From: a bacterium
GTDB taxonomy: Bacteria > Hinthialibacterota > Hinthialibacteria > Hinthialibacterales > Hinthialibacteraceae
NCBI GenBank assembly: GCA_963662285.2
Contig: CAXXMV010000006.1
Coordinates: 1,728,001-1,792,000 of the forward strand
Direction: 5' to 3'
Length of the DNA stretch: 64,000 nt
Shown here: positions 37,864 through 49,533 of the stretch, in pieces
How positions within the stretch are numbered: position 1 is the stretch's first letter
Layout of the letters: every line of letters begins with the position of its first letter
Position numbers and translations under genes: made by a program
Notes under the pieces: generated by a model
Seen by the model: only the letters and a program-made list of their open reading frames with translations
What the model was told of the DNA's origin: nothing
Database searches by the model: none

Positions 37864-39156
37864 ATGTCATTTCAATCGAATTATTCAAGATTGTTAAACC
37901 GCAGAAAATTTCTAAAAATTAGTTCTTCCGCTTCCTTAGCGGCGAACATTATTCCTTCATCCGCTTTGGGTAAGGATGGCAGCGTCGCCTCATCCGATCG
38001 CATTAATATTGCGGTAATAGGAAATGGAGGGCGATTTATGCGCGCCCTGCTTCCCGCCTTTATCCGCCAAACAGACGTGCAACTTACGGCTGTATGTGAT
38101 TGCTGGAAAGAACGTCGAGAAAAAGCCAAAGCCGCCATTGATATGCGCTATGGGAATAACGATTGCACGGCATACCGCTTCCATGAAGAAATCCTGGAAC
38201 GGAAAGACATTGACGCTGTCATTATCGCCACCGGAGACCGTTGGCACGCAGTACTCTCAATTCTCGCGGCTCGCGCCGGAAAAGATGTATATAGCGAAAA
38301 GCCCTATTGTTTGAGTATTGATGAAGGCCGAACCCTGGTTGAACAAACAAAAAAATACGGAACGGTGTGGCAATGCGGCACGCAAAGACATAACAATCCC
38401 GATTATAAATACATCATCGATACGGTGCATCAGGGGAAAATCGGAAAACTGCATACCATAACAACAGGACTGGGCGACTGGAGTGGAAATGGCAACGCAA
38501 TTCCTGAACCGGTTCCAGCCGGATTCGACTATGACCGATGGTTGGGTCAATCCCCCTGGCGTCCTTATTCGCCAATCAGCGTAGGTCTCTGGCGTAATCA
38601 TTGGGATACCGGAGGCGGTGTCATCTGCGATATGGGGCCCCACATGTATGATATCGCTCAATGGGGCAACCAAAGTCAAACCATTGCTCCCATCGATTAC
38701 ACAGGCAAAGCCGTTTTCCCCAAAGAGGGATACAGCAATGTTCCGTTTGAGTGGCATGTGGAAGCCAGATACGAAAACGGCGTTAAATTGATTACAAAAA
38801 TGGGCGTCAAATCGATTCGTTTCACAGGCGATGAAGGTTGGATTGAAATAATTGACGAGACGGGTGAAATCAGATCCGAGCCAAAATCGTTGAGCGCCAA
38901 TTCTTCCCCAACCGAGCAACACTACAATATTCTTAGCCCTCATATCCGCGATTTTCTTGAATGTATAAAATCACGCAGATTGACGGTGTGTCATCCCGAG
39001 CTCGCCCACCGGGCGCATACCATTGCTCATGCGTCTAATATTTGCCTTCGGTTAGAACGTGACGTCCATTGGGATTATAAAACAGAGCGTTTCATTGATG
39101 ATGGTGAAGCCAACCGCATACTTGCAAGGACAATGCGGGCGCCCTGGGGAATATAG
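37864..39156 (+). CDS. Tat-exported Gfo/Idh/MocA oxidoreductase
   Basis: NRRKFLK; ATGDRWH; DVYSEKP; DMGPHMYD; ends MRAPWGI; SD gaggag. Confidence 0.92.
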   Translation: MSFQSNYSRLLNRRKFLKISSSASLAANIIPSSALGKDGSVASSDRINIAVIGNGGRFMRALLPAFIRQTDVQLTAVCDCWKERREKAKAAIDMRYGNNDCTAYRFHEEILERKDIDAVIIATGDRWHAVLSILAARAGKDVYSEKPYCLSIDEGRTLVEQTKKYGTVWQCGTQRHNNPDYKYIIDTVHQGKIGKLHTITTGLGDWSGNGNAIPEPVPAGFDYDRWLGQSPWRPYSPISVGLWRNHWDTGGGVICDMGPHMYDIAQWGNQSQTIAPIDYTGKAVFPKEGYSNVPFEWHVEARYENGVKLITKMGVKSIRFTGDEGWIEIIDETGEIRSEPKSLSANSSPTEQHYNILSPHIRDFLECIKSRRLTVCHPELAHRAHTIAHASNICLRLERDVHWDYKTERFIDDGEANRILARTMRAPWGI

Positions 39157-39207
39157 CATTATTTAACGTATTTACTTTTAATATATCCACGAAAGATCAG
39201 GTGCAAC

Positions 39208-40587
39208 ATGAACTATAACTATATACTATTTCAATTCATCGCCGGATTACTTGTTCTATGTAATTTTAATATGATTGTGGTTGCTGATGAAAAAGAAATC
39301 ATCTCTAAAACGATTAAGTCCATACAAGTATTTGAGTATGGTCAAGCTGTTACAAGCCAACGTGAACTCGAAAATTTGATAAACAAAACATACAGTTCTC
39401 CCGAATTGCGCTCTTATCTGGAAGCACAAATCATTAGCGCATTGCAATCAGAAAAAACAACGTTGGCCGCTAAAACCTTCTTTTGTCAAAAACTCGCTTC
39501 CATCAGTTCGGAAGCCTCGCTCCCCATTCTGGGTCAAATGCTTCTTCAAGACGAAACAACCCAAATGGCCTGCATCGCGCTTAAAAGCCATCCTTCTCCA
39601 CAAGCGAACCACTATCTTCGAAAAGCGCTAGATGGACTTGAGGGTATGTCGAAAGTTGCTGTTATCAATCTCATTGGCGAACGTCGTGACACTGATTCAA
39701 TTGAAATTCTTCGTTTTTTAACATCAGACGATGATCTAAATACGGTTAAAGCTGCAATCTCTGCATTGGGAAATATTGGCGACTCCAAATGCGCTAAAAT
39801 TTTGAAGGATTTACGAGCATCCAACAAGACTGATTTGAAATTTGTACTGGCTGACGCTTACTTGCAATGCGCCATGAGTCTTAAAAAGGAAAACAAAATC
39901 AGTGATGCGGCAAAGATGCTACAGGAACTTTGTCAAAAAAATGTACCGACGGTGATCCGGCAGGGAGCACGGAATAATTTACTCGATTTGGGACTCTTGG
40001 ATATCAATTTTGATGAGATACAAGCCGTCTCTTTGTTCGACGGCGCCTCTTTTGAAGGCTGGAATGGTAATCTTAAATATTTCCGTATTGAAGATGAAGC
40101 CATAGTTGCAGGGACTATGGATGAACCAATTCCCCGTAATGAGTTTCTTTGTACGGATCGTGAGTACATAAATTTCGAACTTCGCTTGAAATGTAAACTT
40201 TCAGCCAAAGAAATTAACGGTGGTATCCAAATCCGCAGTTTGAGGATTCCTAATAGCCACGAAATGTGGGGTTATCAGGCTGACATGGGGCAAAACTACT
40301 GGGGTAGTCTGTATGATGAATCAAGGAGGAAGGTTACTCTAGTCGATTCAAACAAAGTGGAACTGGCAAAAGTCCTTCACCAGACGGATTGGAACGATTA
40401 TGTAATCCGTTGCGTGGGACGCCGAATCCAATTATGGATTAACGGCTACCAAACCGTCAATTATTTAGAACCGGATGAAACAATTAGCCAGGTTGGTTTC
40501 ATTGGCCTGCAAATTCACTCCGGCCCACCTGCCGAAGCGAAGTATAAAGAAATTGAAATTCGGGTATTTGACATGTCTGAAAATTAG
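39208..40587 (+). CDS. Secreted HEAT-repeat + DUF1080 (3-keto-disaccharide hydrolase) fusion protein
   Basis: HEAT repeats in the N-terminal ~260 aa; SLFDGASFEGW, NFELRLK, NGGIQIRS, GYQAD, WNDYVI, GFIGLQIH. Confidence 0.9.
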   Translation: MNYNYILFQFIAGLLVLCNFNMIVVADEKEIISKTIKSIQVFEYGQAVTSQRELENLINKTYSSPELRSYLEAQIISALQSEKTTLAAKTFFCQKLASISSEASLPILGQMLLQDETTQMACIALKSHPSPQANHYLRKALDGLEGMSKVAVINLIGERRDTDSIEILRFLTSDDDLNTVKAAISALGNIGDSKCAKILKDLRASNKTDLKFVLADAYLQCAMSLKKENKISDAAKMLQELCQKNVPTVIRQGARNNLLDLGLLDINFDEIQAVSLFDGASFEGWNGNLKYFRIEDEAIVAGTMDEPIPRNEFLCTDREYINFELRLKCKLSAKEINGGIQIRSLRIPNSHEMWGYQADMGQNYWGSLYDESRRKVTLVDSNKVELAKVLHQTDWNDYVIRCVGRRIQLWINGYQTVNYLEPDETISQVGFIGLQIHSGPPAEAKYKEIEIRVFDMSEN

Positions 40588-40645
40588 TAAACTTAAGCGG
40601 TTATTAAAATCATCTCTCAACCTTATTTTTCCAGAACAATTGAGC

Positions 40646-40684
40646 GAAGTCTATAAATTTTTTGTATCAAATTTATAGACTTCA
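40646..40684. terminator. Stem-loop/terminator
   Basis: gaagtctataaattt...aaatttatagacttc. Confidence 0.6.
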
Positions 40685-40811
40685 CATGGTGTAATACTTA
40701 GTAATTCAAACTCGGAATTATCTCAAATTACTATATTCTTCTAGTGTAATAATTAATAATCGATAAGATATTTATAGCCAATTTTTTAGGATACTATGGT
40801 GATAGATAAAA

Positions 40812-43800
40812 ATGAAAAAACTAATTGACAAGTTTATCCATCAATTAATAAAAATAGACAACGTGACGGTCAGTTTCGGATCGTACCGGTTTCGCGTTTT
40901 CGTTCTGTCTGGTTTGATTTTATCCATTATTATAGTATGTCTTTTGGGTAGGTTTACCCTGGAGCAAAACAAGAAAAGAGTTTTGACCGGTGTCGGTGAA
41001 AATCTCAAGGCGGTTGTAGCAACAGCCAATGAACGGCTTAACCTATGGGTAGAGCAGAGAACATCTCTAGTCGATCTCCTGGGACGCGATCCTGAACTAG
41101 TAGAGATAACCAAGCGCCTTCTAGCTGTTCCTGTCAACCGTGAAGCTCTTTTAGCCTCTTCTGAATTACAGGAGGCGCGTGATTTTTTCAAGAATAATGA
41201 TAAAATTTTTGCTAATATAGGCTTTTTTATTATTAGTCCCGATCATATCAGTATTGGATCAATGCGGGATACTAATATTGGAATCCGAAATTTAATCTCT
41301 TCTCAAAGACCGGATCTACTTAAACGGGCATTTCAAGGCGAAGTAATGTTTGTGCCGCCAATCCAGTCTGATGTTGCTTTAGTGGCAACCTCTAAGTCCG
41401 GGGGGAGCAAAAATCAATCCACCAAATTTTTCATCGGACCTATCAGGGATTATAATGGTGAAATTATTGCCGCCATGACTTTACGGATTGATCCCACCAA
41501 AGATTTCTCTCAAGTCCTTCAAGTCTATGGAATGCTTCAGACGGGTGAAACCTATGCTTTTAACCAATATGGAGAACTTCTTTCAGAGAGCCGCTTTACG
41601 GATCAGTTACGTCGTATCGGGCTGATTGACGAGAATCAGGGTAGCGCCCTGAATGTTCAAATTCGCGATCCTGGAGTTAATATGGTAGAAGGGTATCATT
41701 CTGAATTAGAAAGATCCCAACAACCATTTACCCGCATGGTTGCCAGCACGCTCCAATTGAAAGAGCAAGTGGAAATAGGGGAGTATAGCGGGCACTCTGA
41801 AATAGAGATTGATGTAGAGGGATATCGGGATTATCGAGGTGTTCCGGTGTTCGGCGCCTGGCTCTGGAATGCTGAACTGAGATTCGGAATAGCGACGGAA
41901 ATCGATTCAAAAGAAGCTCTTGCGACCTACTATATGACGAGGTTGACGATTTTCATTGTTTTGGGATTTACACTGATATTATCAGTTATTGGAACATTGT
42001 TTGTCCTTATTGTTGGTGAAAGAACTAGCAAAGCCTTGATCGCTGCCAGGGATAATCTGGAAGATAAAGTTAAAGAGCGTACTGCTGAACTGGAAAATGC
42101 TCATGAGTCTATAAAACAAAGCGGGAAAAAATTTCGGGCGATTTTTGATCAGACCGTACAATTAATGGCTGTGCTTGATACAAAGGGAAATCTATTAGAG
42201 GCAAACCGTGCAGCACTTAAACTGGCTGGTACAGAAGAATCCTGCGTGGTTGGGAAACCGTTTTGGCAGGGTCCTTGGTGGCGCCATTCGGAAGAGGCTC
42301 AACATGCCATACAAGAATCCATCCAGCAAGCGGCCAATGGCGAATTTATCCAGTTTGAAACCACTCATCCACTTCCAGATGGGACTGAATGCAACATTGA
42401 TTTTACATTAACTCCTGTAACAGATGAAGAAGGTAAAATCATTTTCTTACTCCCTATGGGTCATGACATAACCGAGCGAAAGCAAAAAGAAAAGTTACAA
42501 CAATTAAACTTAAAAATTAGTCAGTCTCTAACTGAATCCAATGTTCTTCAGAAAATGTTGCAATCATGCGCGGAATCCATGGTGAATTCTCTTCGTTCTG
42601 TATTAGTCAGGATATGGATTTATAACGAACATGATGCAAAGTTGGAATTACAAGCCAGCGCTGGTATTCATACTCACATAGATGGCGATCATGGACTTAT
42701 TCCTATAGGACAGGGAAAAGTAGGCAAAATCGCCCAACAACGTTGCGTATTTCGCAGTAATGATATTGCTAATGATCCTCTAATCGCAAATCCAGAGTGG
42801 ATTATTAAACAACGATTAACTGGTTATGCTGGAATACCTTTGATTTTTGAAGAAAAATTAGTCGGGGTGCTTGTACTGTTTGCTCGAAGAGCGCTGGACG
42901 ACGATGATATAAATTCACTAGAATCAGCCTGCCATAACATCAGTGTTGCCATTGATCGAAAAAAGGCCGAAGAGCGATTAGTCTCTCGTGAAAACCAATT
43001 TCGAAACCTTATTGAATCGGCGCCGGACGCAATGGTTATTGTGAATGATCAAGGGACTATCAATATGGTAAATGGTCAAACCGAGCGTTTATTTGGTTAC
43101 GATCGTGCAGAAATCGTTGGTCAAAAGATTGAATTCCTTATACCGGAAAGATTTAGAAAAGATCATGTAGGTATGCGTGATTCATATATTCATCATCCAA
43201 TCTTATTACCGATAGGTTCCGGTAAAGACTTCTACGCACTAACCAAAGATGGTCGTGAGGTTTCCATTGAAATCAGCTTAAGCCCTATTAAAACTGATGA
43301 TGGATTGCTGGTAATAAGCACCTTACGAGATGTTACCGAGCGCAAACGTATGGAAAAGGAACTATCCAATGAACGCGAACGGCTGCAAGAAATACTCGAT
43401 ACCAGCCCGGTCGGTGTTGCGATTACTATCGACGGAGTCGTGCGCTTTCTCAATCATCGAATGGTCCAAATCACTAATTTACATGTCGGCTGTCTAGTGG
43501 AAAAGTCTTATGTGAATCCGGATGATAGACATCGTTTAATCGAAATGTTTAAAGAATCCGGTGTTATTCATGATTATGAAGCGCAATTATATGGTCCGAA
43601 TCAAGAAATTCGCGATTTAATGTGCACTTTCATGAATACTGAATATGAAGGAGAAATAGGCATTCTCGGATGGGCGGTTGATATCACCGAGTTGAAAAAA
43701 ACTGAGAATGAATTACGGGAAAAGTTTGATGAACTGGCGCGTTTTAGAAATATGGCGGTAGGCCGGGAGCACAAAATGATCGAATTAAAAAAAGAGATCA

Positions 43801-43850
43801 ATGAACTTTTAGTAAATAACGGGCTGCCTGAAAAATATAAGATCCATTGA
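40812..43850 (+). CDS. Membrane sensor (TM-Cache-like-TM, PAS, GAF, PAS, PAS) with no kinase or cyclase output; C-terminal coiled coil
   Basis: YRDYRGVPVFGAW (Cache); DITERK PAC ends; GQGKVGKIA (GAF); ends ELARFRNMAVGREHKMIELKKEINELL; no H-box, GGDEF or HD-GYP. Confidence 0.88.
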   Translation: MKKLIDKFIHQLIKIDNVTVSFGSYRFRVFVLSGLILSIIIVCLLGRFTLEQNKKRVLTGVGENLKAVVATANERLNLWVEQRTSLVDLLGRDPELVEITKRLLAVPVNREALLASSELQEARDFFKNNDKIFANIGFFIISPDHISIGSMRDTNIGIRNLISSQRPDLLKRAFQGEVMFVPPIQSDVALVATSKSGGSKNQSTKFFIGPIRDYNGEIIAAMTLRIDPTKDFSQVLQVYGMLQTGETYAFNQYGELLSESRFTDQLRRIGLIDENQGSALNVQIRDPGVNMVEGYHSELERSQQPFTRMVASTLQLKEQVEIGEYSGHSEIEIDVEGYRDYRGVPVFGAWLWNAELRFGIATEIDSKEALATYYMTRLTIFIVLGFTLILSVIGTLFVLIVGERTSKALIAARDNLEDKVKERTAELENAHESIKQSGKKFRAIFDQTVQLMAVLDTKGNLLEANRAALKLAGTEESCVVGKPFWQGPWWRHSEEAQHAIQESIQQAANGEFIQFETTHPLPDGTECNIDFTLTPVTDEEGKIIFLLPMGHDITERKQKEKLQQLNLKISQSLTESNVLQKMLQSCAESMVNSLRSVLVRIWIYNEHDAKLELQASAGIHTHIDGDHGLIPIGQGKVGKIAQQRCVFRSNDIANDPLIANPEWIIKQRLTGYAGIPLIFEEKLVGVLVLFARRALDDDDINSLESACHNISVAIDRKKAEERLVSRENQFRNLIESAPDAMVIVNDQGTINMVNGQTERLFGYDRAEIVGQKIEFLIPERFRKDHVGMRDSYIHHPILLPIGSGKDFYALTKDGREVSIEISLSPIKTDDGLLVISTLRDVTERKRMEKELSNERERLQEILDTSPVGVAITIDGVVRFLNHRMVQITNLHVGCLVEKSYVNPDDRHRLIEMFKESGVIHDYEAQLYGPNQEIRDLMCTFMNTEYEGEIGILGWAVDITELKKTENELREKFDELARFRNMAVGREHKMIELKKEINELLVNNGLPEKYKIH

Positions 43851-43939
43851 TGAAAAAACACTCGAAATACTGATAATAAAATTTTAAGTACGACGTTTAC
43901 CTAACTGTATTATAGGTCGAAGATCAATCGAGGTCAGTT

Positions 43940-46900
43940 ATGGACAACAACCAGAGAAAAGAAATTTGTGAGAGATTTTCACAGGTACTTCAGCATAAAC
44001 AATTCAATTCAATTTTTGAAGGTTTTTGTGAAACTGTTGGTGTTTCCGCAGCTATAATTGATCTAGAAGCGCGTATACTTTCCTCGTCTACATGGCAATA
44101 CGCATGTACTCATTTCCATCGAAAAAATGAAATCACTTGCGCCCGATGTATCGAGAGCGACACGGAACTCTCGTTGAATCTACAAAAAGGAAAGAACTAT
44201 GCTATTTACCATTGCAAAAATGGTTTAGTTGATTGTGCGTCGCCAATTATTGTCCAAGACATACATGTAGCAAACGCCTTTATAGGTCAGTTTTTTCTTG
44301 AGTCGCCTGATTTAAACTTTTTTCGCGAACAGGCTCGGCAAGTTGGATTTGATGAAAATGACTACCTTAATGCAATCAAAAAAGTACCAATTATCAATCA
44401 GGAAAAACTCCCGGCAATACTTGGATTTCTTGCAAACTTGTCAAGTCTGATAGCAACGTTATCAATTCAACAATTAAAGGCTGAGGACTCAGAGCGAAAA
44501 ATGCGTGAAGGTCGCAGAACTGCCTTGAAACTTGCTGATGAAGCGAACCAGGCAAGAGATGAACTTGCAAAATATAAAGATCATTTAGAGAAACTCATCA
44601 AAGAGCGAACCAGCGATTTACAGGCAAGTGAAGAACGATTCAGGACTCTCGTACAGAATGTGCCTGGAGTTATTTACAATTACTTGAACGATGAACACTG
44701 GACTTTGAAATATATCAGCAAGGCCGTGGAAGAACTGACCGGATATCCAGTAGAAGATTTCCTTGATAATAAAGTTCGATCTTTCGCCAGCATTATTCAT
44801 CCTGATGACCAGCAACGTGTGTACAAGGAAATCCAGGAGACGCTGGATCAAGATACATCTTTTTTTCTAGAGTATCGCATTATCCGGTCAGATGGTGAAA
44901 TCCGGTGGTTAAATGAACGCGGAAAGGTCGTGGAAGGAGACCAAAAAGAAAACCAATTTATTAATGGATGGATTTTTGATATCACAGAAAGGAAAGCAAT
45001 AGAAGAAGATCTGAAAAAGTTGTCCACTGCGATTGAACAAAGCCCTGTTTCAGTGGTTATTACAAATTTTAAGGGAACCATAGAATACGTCAATCCAAAA
45101 TTTTCGGAAGTAACTGGGTATAGCGCCGAAGAATCTATCGGCCAGAATCCCCGCGTGCTGAAATCAGAAAAAAATAATCCTGAAATTTATAAGGAACTTT
45201 GGAGCACGATCAGCGCCGGTAAAGAATGGCGTGGAGAAATATTAAATAAAAAGAAGAATGGTGATGAATATTGGGAAACAGCTTCCATATCGCCGATTAT
45301 GTCCAGGGATGGATCAATCACTCATTATATCGCAGTTAAAGAAGATATTACTGAACGTAAACTATTAGAAGAAAGTATGCGGAAAAGTGAGGAGCGTTTC
45401 CGTGGGTATTTTGAAAATAGTCAGGTCGGCATGGCGGTTACCTCTCCAACTAAAGGGTGGATAGAAGTGAACGAGCAACTTCAGAAAATGCTCGGTTACA
45501 GTCTGGATGAGTTACGACAGAAGACTTGGGAAGAACTTACTCATCCAGAGGATATTGAAGCGGATGTGAAGCAATTTGAGCGCCTACTGGCTGGTCAAAC
45601 CAGTTATTACACGCTTGATAAACGTTTTATCCGTAAAGATGGTGAAATCGTTTTTACGAATATTTCTGTATCTTGCGTGCGAAACAAGGATGGAGAAATT
45701 CAGAATATCCTCGCTTCTTTATTAGATATTACCGAGCGCAAGCAGATTGAAAATGATTTACAGGTTCGGATTGCAGAACTTGATGATTTCCAATCAGCGA
45801 TGCTCAACATGATGGAAGACCTGGACGAAGAAAAAAAGAAAGCCGAAGCTGCAACTCAGGCAAAAAGCGATTTCCTGGCCAACATGTCACATGAGATTCG
45901 CACCCCTATGAATGCCATTATCGGCATGTCTCATTTGGCCTTACAAACCGACCTGAATTCAAAACAACGAAATTATATCGAAAAAGCCTATCTATCCGCT
46001 CAATCTCTACTAGGGATTATTAACGATATCCTGGACTTCTCCAAAATCGAAGCTGGCAAACTTGATATGGAAAAGATTGATTTCAGTTTAGATGACGTGC
46101 TTGGAAATCTATCCAATCTCATTGGTTTGAAAACGGAAGAAAAAGGTCTGGAACTTTTATTCGACACTTCACCAGGCGCCCCATCACATCTAATTGGCGA
46201 TCCATTGCGCTTTGGCCAGGTTTTAATCAATCTTTGTAATAATGCAGTTAAATTCACCGATCATGGCGAAATTGTGATTACGACGCACGTCCTTGAAAAA
46301 GATGATGAGAGCGTCAAATTTCACTTTTCGATCCGTGATACCGGTATTGGCATGACGCCGGAGCAACAGGCATTGTTATTCCAATCGTTCAGCCAGGCGG
46401 ATGCTTCAACTACCCGAAAATTCGGTGGCACCGGATTGGGATTAGCGATATCCAAAAGCCTGACAGAAATGATGGGGGGAGATATTTGGGTGGAAAGTGA
46501 AGCTGGTAAAGGAAGTACATTTCATTTCACCGCCAGTTTTGGAATTCAGAAAAATGCTAAGAAAAAACAACTTAAACCGGCCAAAGATCTCAGCTATTTG
46601 AAAGTCTTGGTTGTTGACGACAACGCCACTGCGCGAGAGATATTAGTCAGTATTGCTGAATCATTTGGTTTCGATGCTCACATGGCATCCAATGGTGATG
46701 CCGCCATCCAGGAAATTGAACGCGCATCAGTTGAAAGCAAACCTTACAATCTTGTTTTAATGGATTGGAAAATGCCTGGCAAAGACGGTGTCATGACAGC
46801 CCGGGAAATTCAAAATGATCCAAACATAATTGATATTCCTACTATTATCATGGTAACGGCTTATGGAAGATTAGAAGTCAGTAAAGCCGCAGAGGATCTC

Positions 46901-48070
46901 AATTTATCTGGATTCCTCTCAAAACCTGTTACTCCATCAACCATGCTGGATACAATCATGAATGCTTTTGGGCATGAAATTGTCCGCGATGCCAAATCAA
47001 CTATTCGTACATCCGATAGTCGCGAAATGACTAAAAAAATGCGAGGCGCCCGTATTTTGCTTGTCGAAGACAATGAGATTAATCAAGAATTGGCCATGGA
47101 ACTTCTATCAAACAGCGGCGTTTTGGTCGATCTTGCCAATAATGGACAAGAAGCGCTGAATAAACTTAAGGATAATGAATATGATGGAGTATTAATGGAT
47201 ATCCAAATGCCTGTTATGGATGGATATACGGCTTCAAGTGAAATCCGGAAGAATCAGCAATATAAAAACCTTCCCATCATAGCAATGACGGCCAATGCCA
47301 TGGCTGGGGATAGAGAAAAAGCTCTTGAAGCAGGAATGAACGACCATATTGCAAAACCTATTGATGTAAATGATATGTTCTCCACTATGACTAAATGGAT
47401 CACTCCCGCCAAACCTGTCGATATGCCTGAATCAGATAATCATGAAGATGAACAAGACGGCATTGTTATACCTAAGTTGCCTGAAATAGACGTCGAAGCT
47501 GGTCTGAAAAGAATCCAGCATAACAAGAAATTATATCGAAAACTGCTAATCAAATTCCGGGATAGCCAGCGTGATTTTGTATCCCGGTTTAAAGAAGCGA
47601 ATAGTAGCAGCGATGCTGAAGCAGCGACGAGATGTGCGCATACTTTGAAAGGAGTAGCAGGCAATATTGGAGCGACCAATATTCAAAAATCAGCTGAATT
47701 ATTGGAATCCGCATGCAAGGAAAATGAATCCGAATATGATATCCGGACTCTTCTTGATGACGTATCAATTGCTTTAACTCCTGTGCTCGAAGGTCTTTCA
47801 GTTCTTAATGAAGACGAGCCGGAATGTGAAGAAGGAAAAATAGATATAACAAAAATTCTTTCATTTCTCTCTAAATTACGTGAATTATTGGAGGATGATG
47901 ATACCGAAGCGGCAGAAATCATTGATTCATTAAACAATCAGCCCGGGCTTACAAAATTTAAATCAAATCTTCAAAAACTTTCAAGTTTGATCGATAAATA
48001 TGAATTTGAGGAGGCGCTTGAATCATTAAATGCCCTTGAAAAATCAATAAAGGAATCAACATATGAATGA
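43940..48070 (+). CDS. Cytoplasmic hybrid histidine kinase: PocR-PAS x3-HisKA-HATPase-REC-REC-Hpt
   Basis: CTHFHR...CIESD and YHCKNGLVD (PocR); [14 protein letters not shown]; GGTGLGL; two REC domains; [12 protein letters not shown]. Confidence 0.95.
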   Translation: MDNNQRKEICERFSQVLQHKQFNSIFEGFCETVGVSAAIIDLEARILSSSTWQYACTHFHRKNEITCARCIESDTELSLNLQKGKNYAIYHCKNGLVDCASPIIVQDIHVANAFIGQFFLESPDLNFFREQARQVGFDENDYLNAIKKVPIINQEKLPAILGFLANLSSLIATLSIQQLKAEDSERKMREGRRTALKLADEANQARDELAKYKDHLEKLIKERTSDLQASEERFRTLVQNVPGVIYNYLNDEHWTLKYISKAVEELTGYPVEDFLDNKVRSFASIIHPDDQQRVYKEIQETLDQDTSFFLEYRIIRSDGEIRWLNERGKVVEGDQKENQFINGWIFDITERKAIEEDLKKLSTAIEQSPVSVVITNFKGTIEYVNPKFSEVTGYSAEESIGQNPRVLKSEKNNPEIYKELWSTISAGKEWRGEILNKKKNGDEYWETASISPIMSRDGSITHYIAVKEDITERKLLEESMRKSEERFRGYFENSQVGMAVTSPTKGWIEVNEQLQKMLGYSLDELRQKTWEELTHPEDIEADVKQFERLLAGQTSYYTLDKRFIRKDGEIVFTNISVSCVRNKDGEIQNILASLLDITERKQIENDLQVRIAELDDFQSAMLNMMEDLDEEKKKAEAATQAKSDFLANMSHEIRTPMNAIIGMSHLALQTDLNSKQRNYIEKAYLSAQSLLGIINDILDFSKIEAGKLDMEKIDFSLDDVLGNLSNLIGLKTEEKGLELLFDTSPGAPSHLIGDPLRFGQVLINLCNNAVKFTDHGEIVITTHVLEKDDESVKFHFSIRDTGIGMTPEQQALLFQSFSQADASTTRKFGGTGLGLAISKSLTEMMGGDIWVESEAGKGSTFHFTASFGIQKNAKKKQLKPAKDLSYLKVLVVDDNATAREILVSIAESFGFDAHMASNGDAAIQEIERASVESKPYNLVLMDWKMPGKDGVMTAREIQNDPNIIDIPTIIMVTAYGRLEVSKAAEDLNLSGFLSKPVTPSTMLDTIMNAFGHEIVRDAKSTIRTSDSREMTKKMRGARILLVEDNEINQELAMELLSNSGVLVDLANNGQEALNKLKDNEYDGVLMDIQMPVMDGYTASSEIRKNQQYKNLPIIAMTANAMAGDREKALEAGMNDHIAKPIDVNDMFSTMTKWITPAKPVDMPESDNHEDEQDGIVIPKLPEIDVEAGLKRIQHNKKLYRKLLIKFRDSQRDFVSRFKEANSSSDAEAATRCAHTLKGVAGNIGATNIQKSAELLESACKENESEYDIRTLLDDVSIALTPVLEGLSVLNEDEPECEEGKIDITKILSFLSKLRELLEDDDTEAAEIIDSLNNQPGLTKFKSNLQKLSSLIDKYEFEEALESLNALEKSIKESTYE

Positions 48071-48431
48071 TGATAAGAAAGTTATTCTGGTAGTCGATGA
48101 CACTGCGGAAAACATTGATGTATTGCGAGGTATTCTGAGTTCCACTTTTAAAATTAAGGCTGCTCTGAATGGCGAAAAAGCTCTCCAGATTGCCTTTAAA
48201 AATCCTCCAGATCTAATGCTATTGGATGTCATGATGCCTGAAATGGATGGCTACGAAGTATGCCGCCTTCTAAAAAGCGATGATGTCACCAAAAATATAC
48301 CCATAATTTTCGTCACGGGGAAAACGGAACCGGATGAGATTGCTAAGGGATTGGAACTGGGCGCCGTTGACTTTTTATCGAAACCCATTGATCCGAACCT
48401 TCTTTTGGAAAAAGTCAAAAAATATTTATGA
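48063..48431 (+). CDS. Single-domain response regulator
   Basis: [21 protein letters not shown]. Confidence 0.92.
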   Translation: MNDDKKVILVVDDTAENIDVLRGILSSTFKIKAALNGEKALQIAFKNPPDLMLLDVMMPEMDGYEVCRLLKSDDVTKNIPIIFVTGKTEPDEIAKGLELGAVDFLSKPIDPNLLLEKVKKYL

Positions 48432-48470
48432 TCTTGCAAAGGAGTTTTATATTATTTGTGGGAGGTGACT

Positions 48471-49526
48471 ATGCCGAAAGATATTTTGAAACCTTGTATA
48501 TTAGCCGTTGATGATACCCCTGAAAATATTGATGTGATTAGTGGTTTATTAAGAGACGATTATAGAGTAAAAGTTGCGCTCAATGGCGTCAGAGCGCTCA
48601 AAATAGCCCAATCAGATTCTCCTCCCGACCTTGTCTTGCTAGACATCATGATGCCCGAAATAGATGGTTACGAAGTATGCCGTCAATTAAAAAATAATCC
48701 GTTAACCAAAAATATCCCGGTGATTTTTTTAACCGCGAAATCCGAAGTCGAGGATGAAGCAAAAGGATTTGAACTGGGTGCAGTTGACTACATTACCAAA
48801 CCTATCAGCCCTTCTCTTGTGAAGGCCCGCGTAAAAACTCACCTGGCTCTTTACGACCAGAATCGTACGCTGGAGGAGAAAGTACGCGAGAGAACAGTTG
48901 AACTGAACGCAACGCGTCTAGAGGTTATCCGTCAACTCGGTCGAGCTGCTGAGTTTAAAGATAATGAAACCGGTCTTCATGTAGTGCGCATGAGTTATTA
49001 TTCAAAAATCATAGCTGAAGCATTAGGTATGAGCGAAGATCAGGTTGATTTATTGCTTCATGCGTCTCCTATGCATGATATCGGTAAAATTGGCATCCCC
49101 GACTGCGTTCTACTAAAACCAGGTAAACTTGATGATGATGAATGGGCTATTATGCGGCAACATCCCATCATGGGTGAAGAGATTATCGGTAATAATAAAT
49201 CCAGCCTTATGGAAATGGCGCGATTGGTTGCTTTAGGACATCACGAGAAGTGGAACGGACAAGGTTACCCAAGCAGTATAGCGGGAGAAGAAATCCCCCT
49301 GGTTGGTAGAATCGCCGCCATTGCCGATGTATTCGACGCGCTTACTTCTGAACGACCTTATAAACAGGCTTGGTCTGTTGAGAGAGCCGTAGCTTTAATA
49401 CAAGAAGAAAGCGGAGTGCATTTCGATCCGAATTTAGTATCACTGTTTGTCGAACGTTTGCCGGATATAATCAGCATAAAAGAAATGTATACAGAAAAAA
49501 ATAATACTCCAACGAATGAGATATAA
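48471..49526 (+). CDS. Response regulator with HD-GYP c-di-GMP phosphodiesterase domain (RpfG-like)
   Basis: REC plus ETGLHVVRM, MHDIGKIG, HHEKWNGQGYP, DVFDALTSERPYK; ATG 48471 after SD ggagg. Confidence 0.93.
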   Translation: MPKDILKPCILAVDDTPENIDVISGLLRDDYRVKVALNGVRALKIAQSDSPPDLVLLDIMMPEIDGYEVCRQLKNNPLTKNIPVIFLTAKSEVEDEAKGFELGAVDYITKPISPSLVKARVKTHLALYDQNRTLEEKVRERTVELNATRLEVIRQLGRAAEFKDNETGLHVVRMSYYSKIIAEALGMSEDQVDLLLHASPMHDIGKIGIPDCVLLKPGKLDDDEWAIMRQHPIMGEEIIGNNKSSLMEMARLVALGHHEKWNGQGYPSSIAGEEIPLVGRIAAIADVFDALTSERPYKQAWSVERAVALIQEESGVHFDPNLVSLFVERLPDIISIKEMYTEKNNTPTNEI

Positions 49527-49533
49527 TTGTATA

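Noticed and set aside
43850-43940. Frameshift or pseudogene splitting one giant kinase
   Set aside because: The upstream ORF ends in a coherent terminal motif, and the downstream ORF begins with a complete PocR domain after an SD-like gagg. These look like two real genes.
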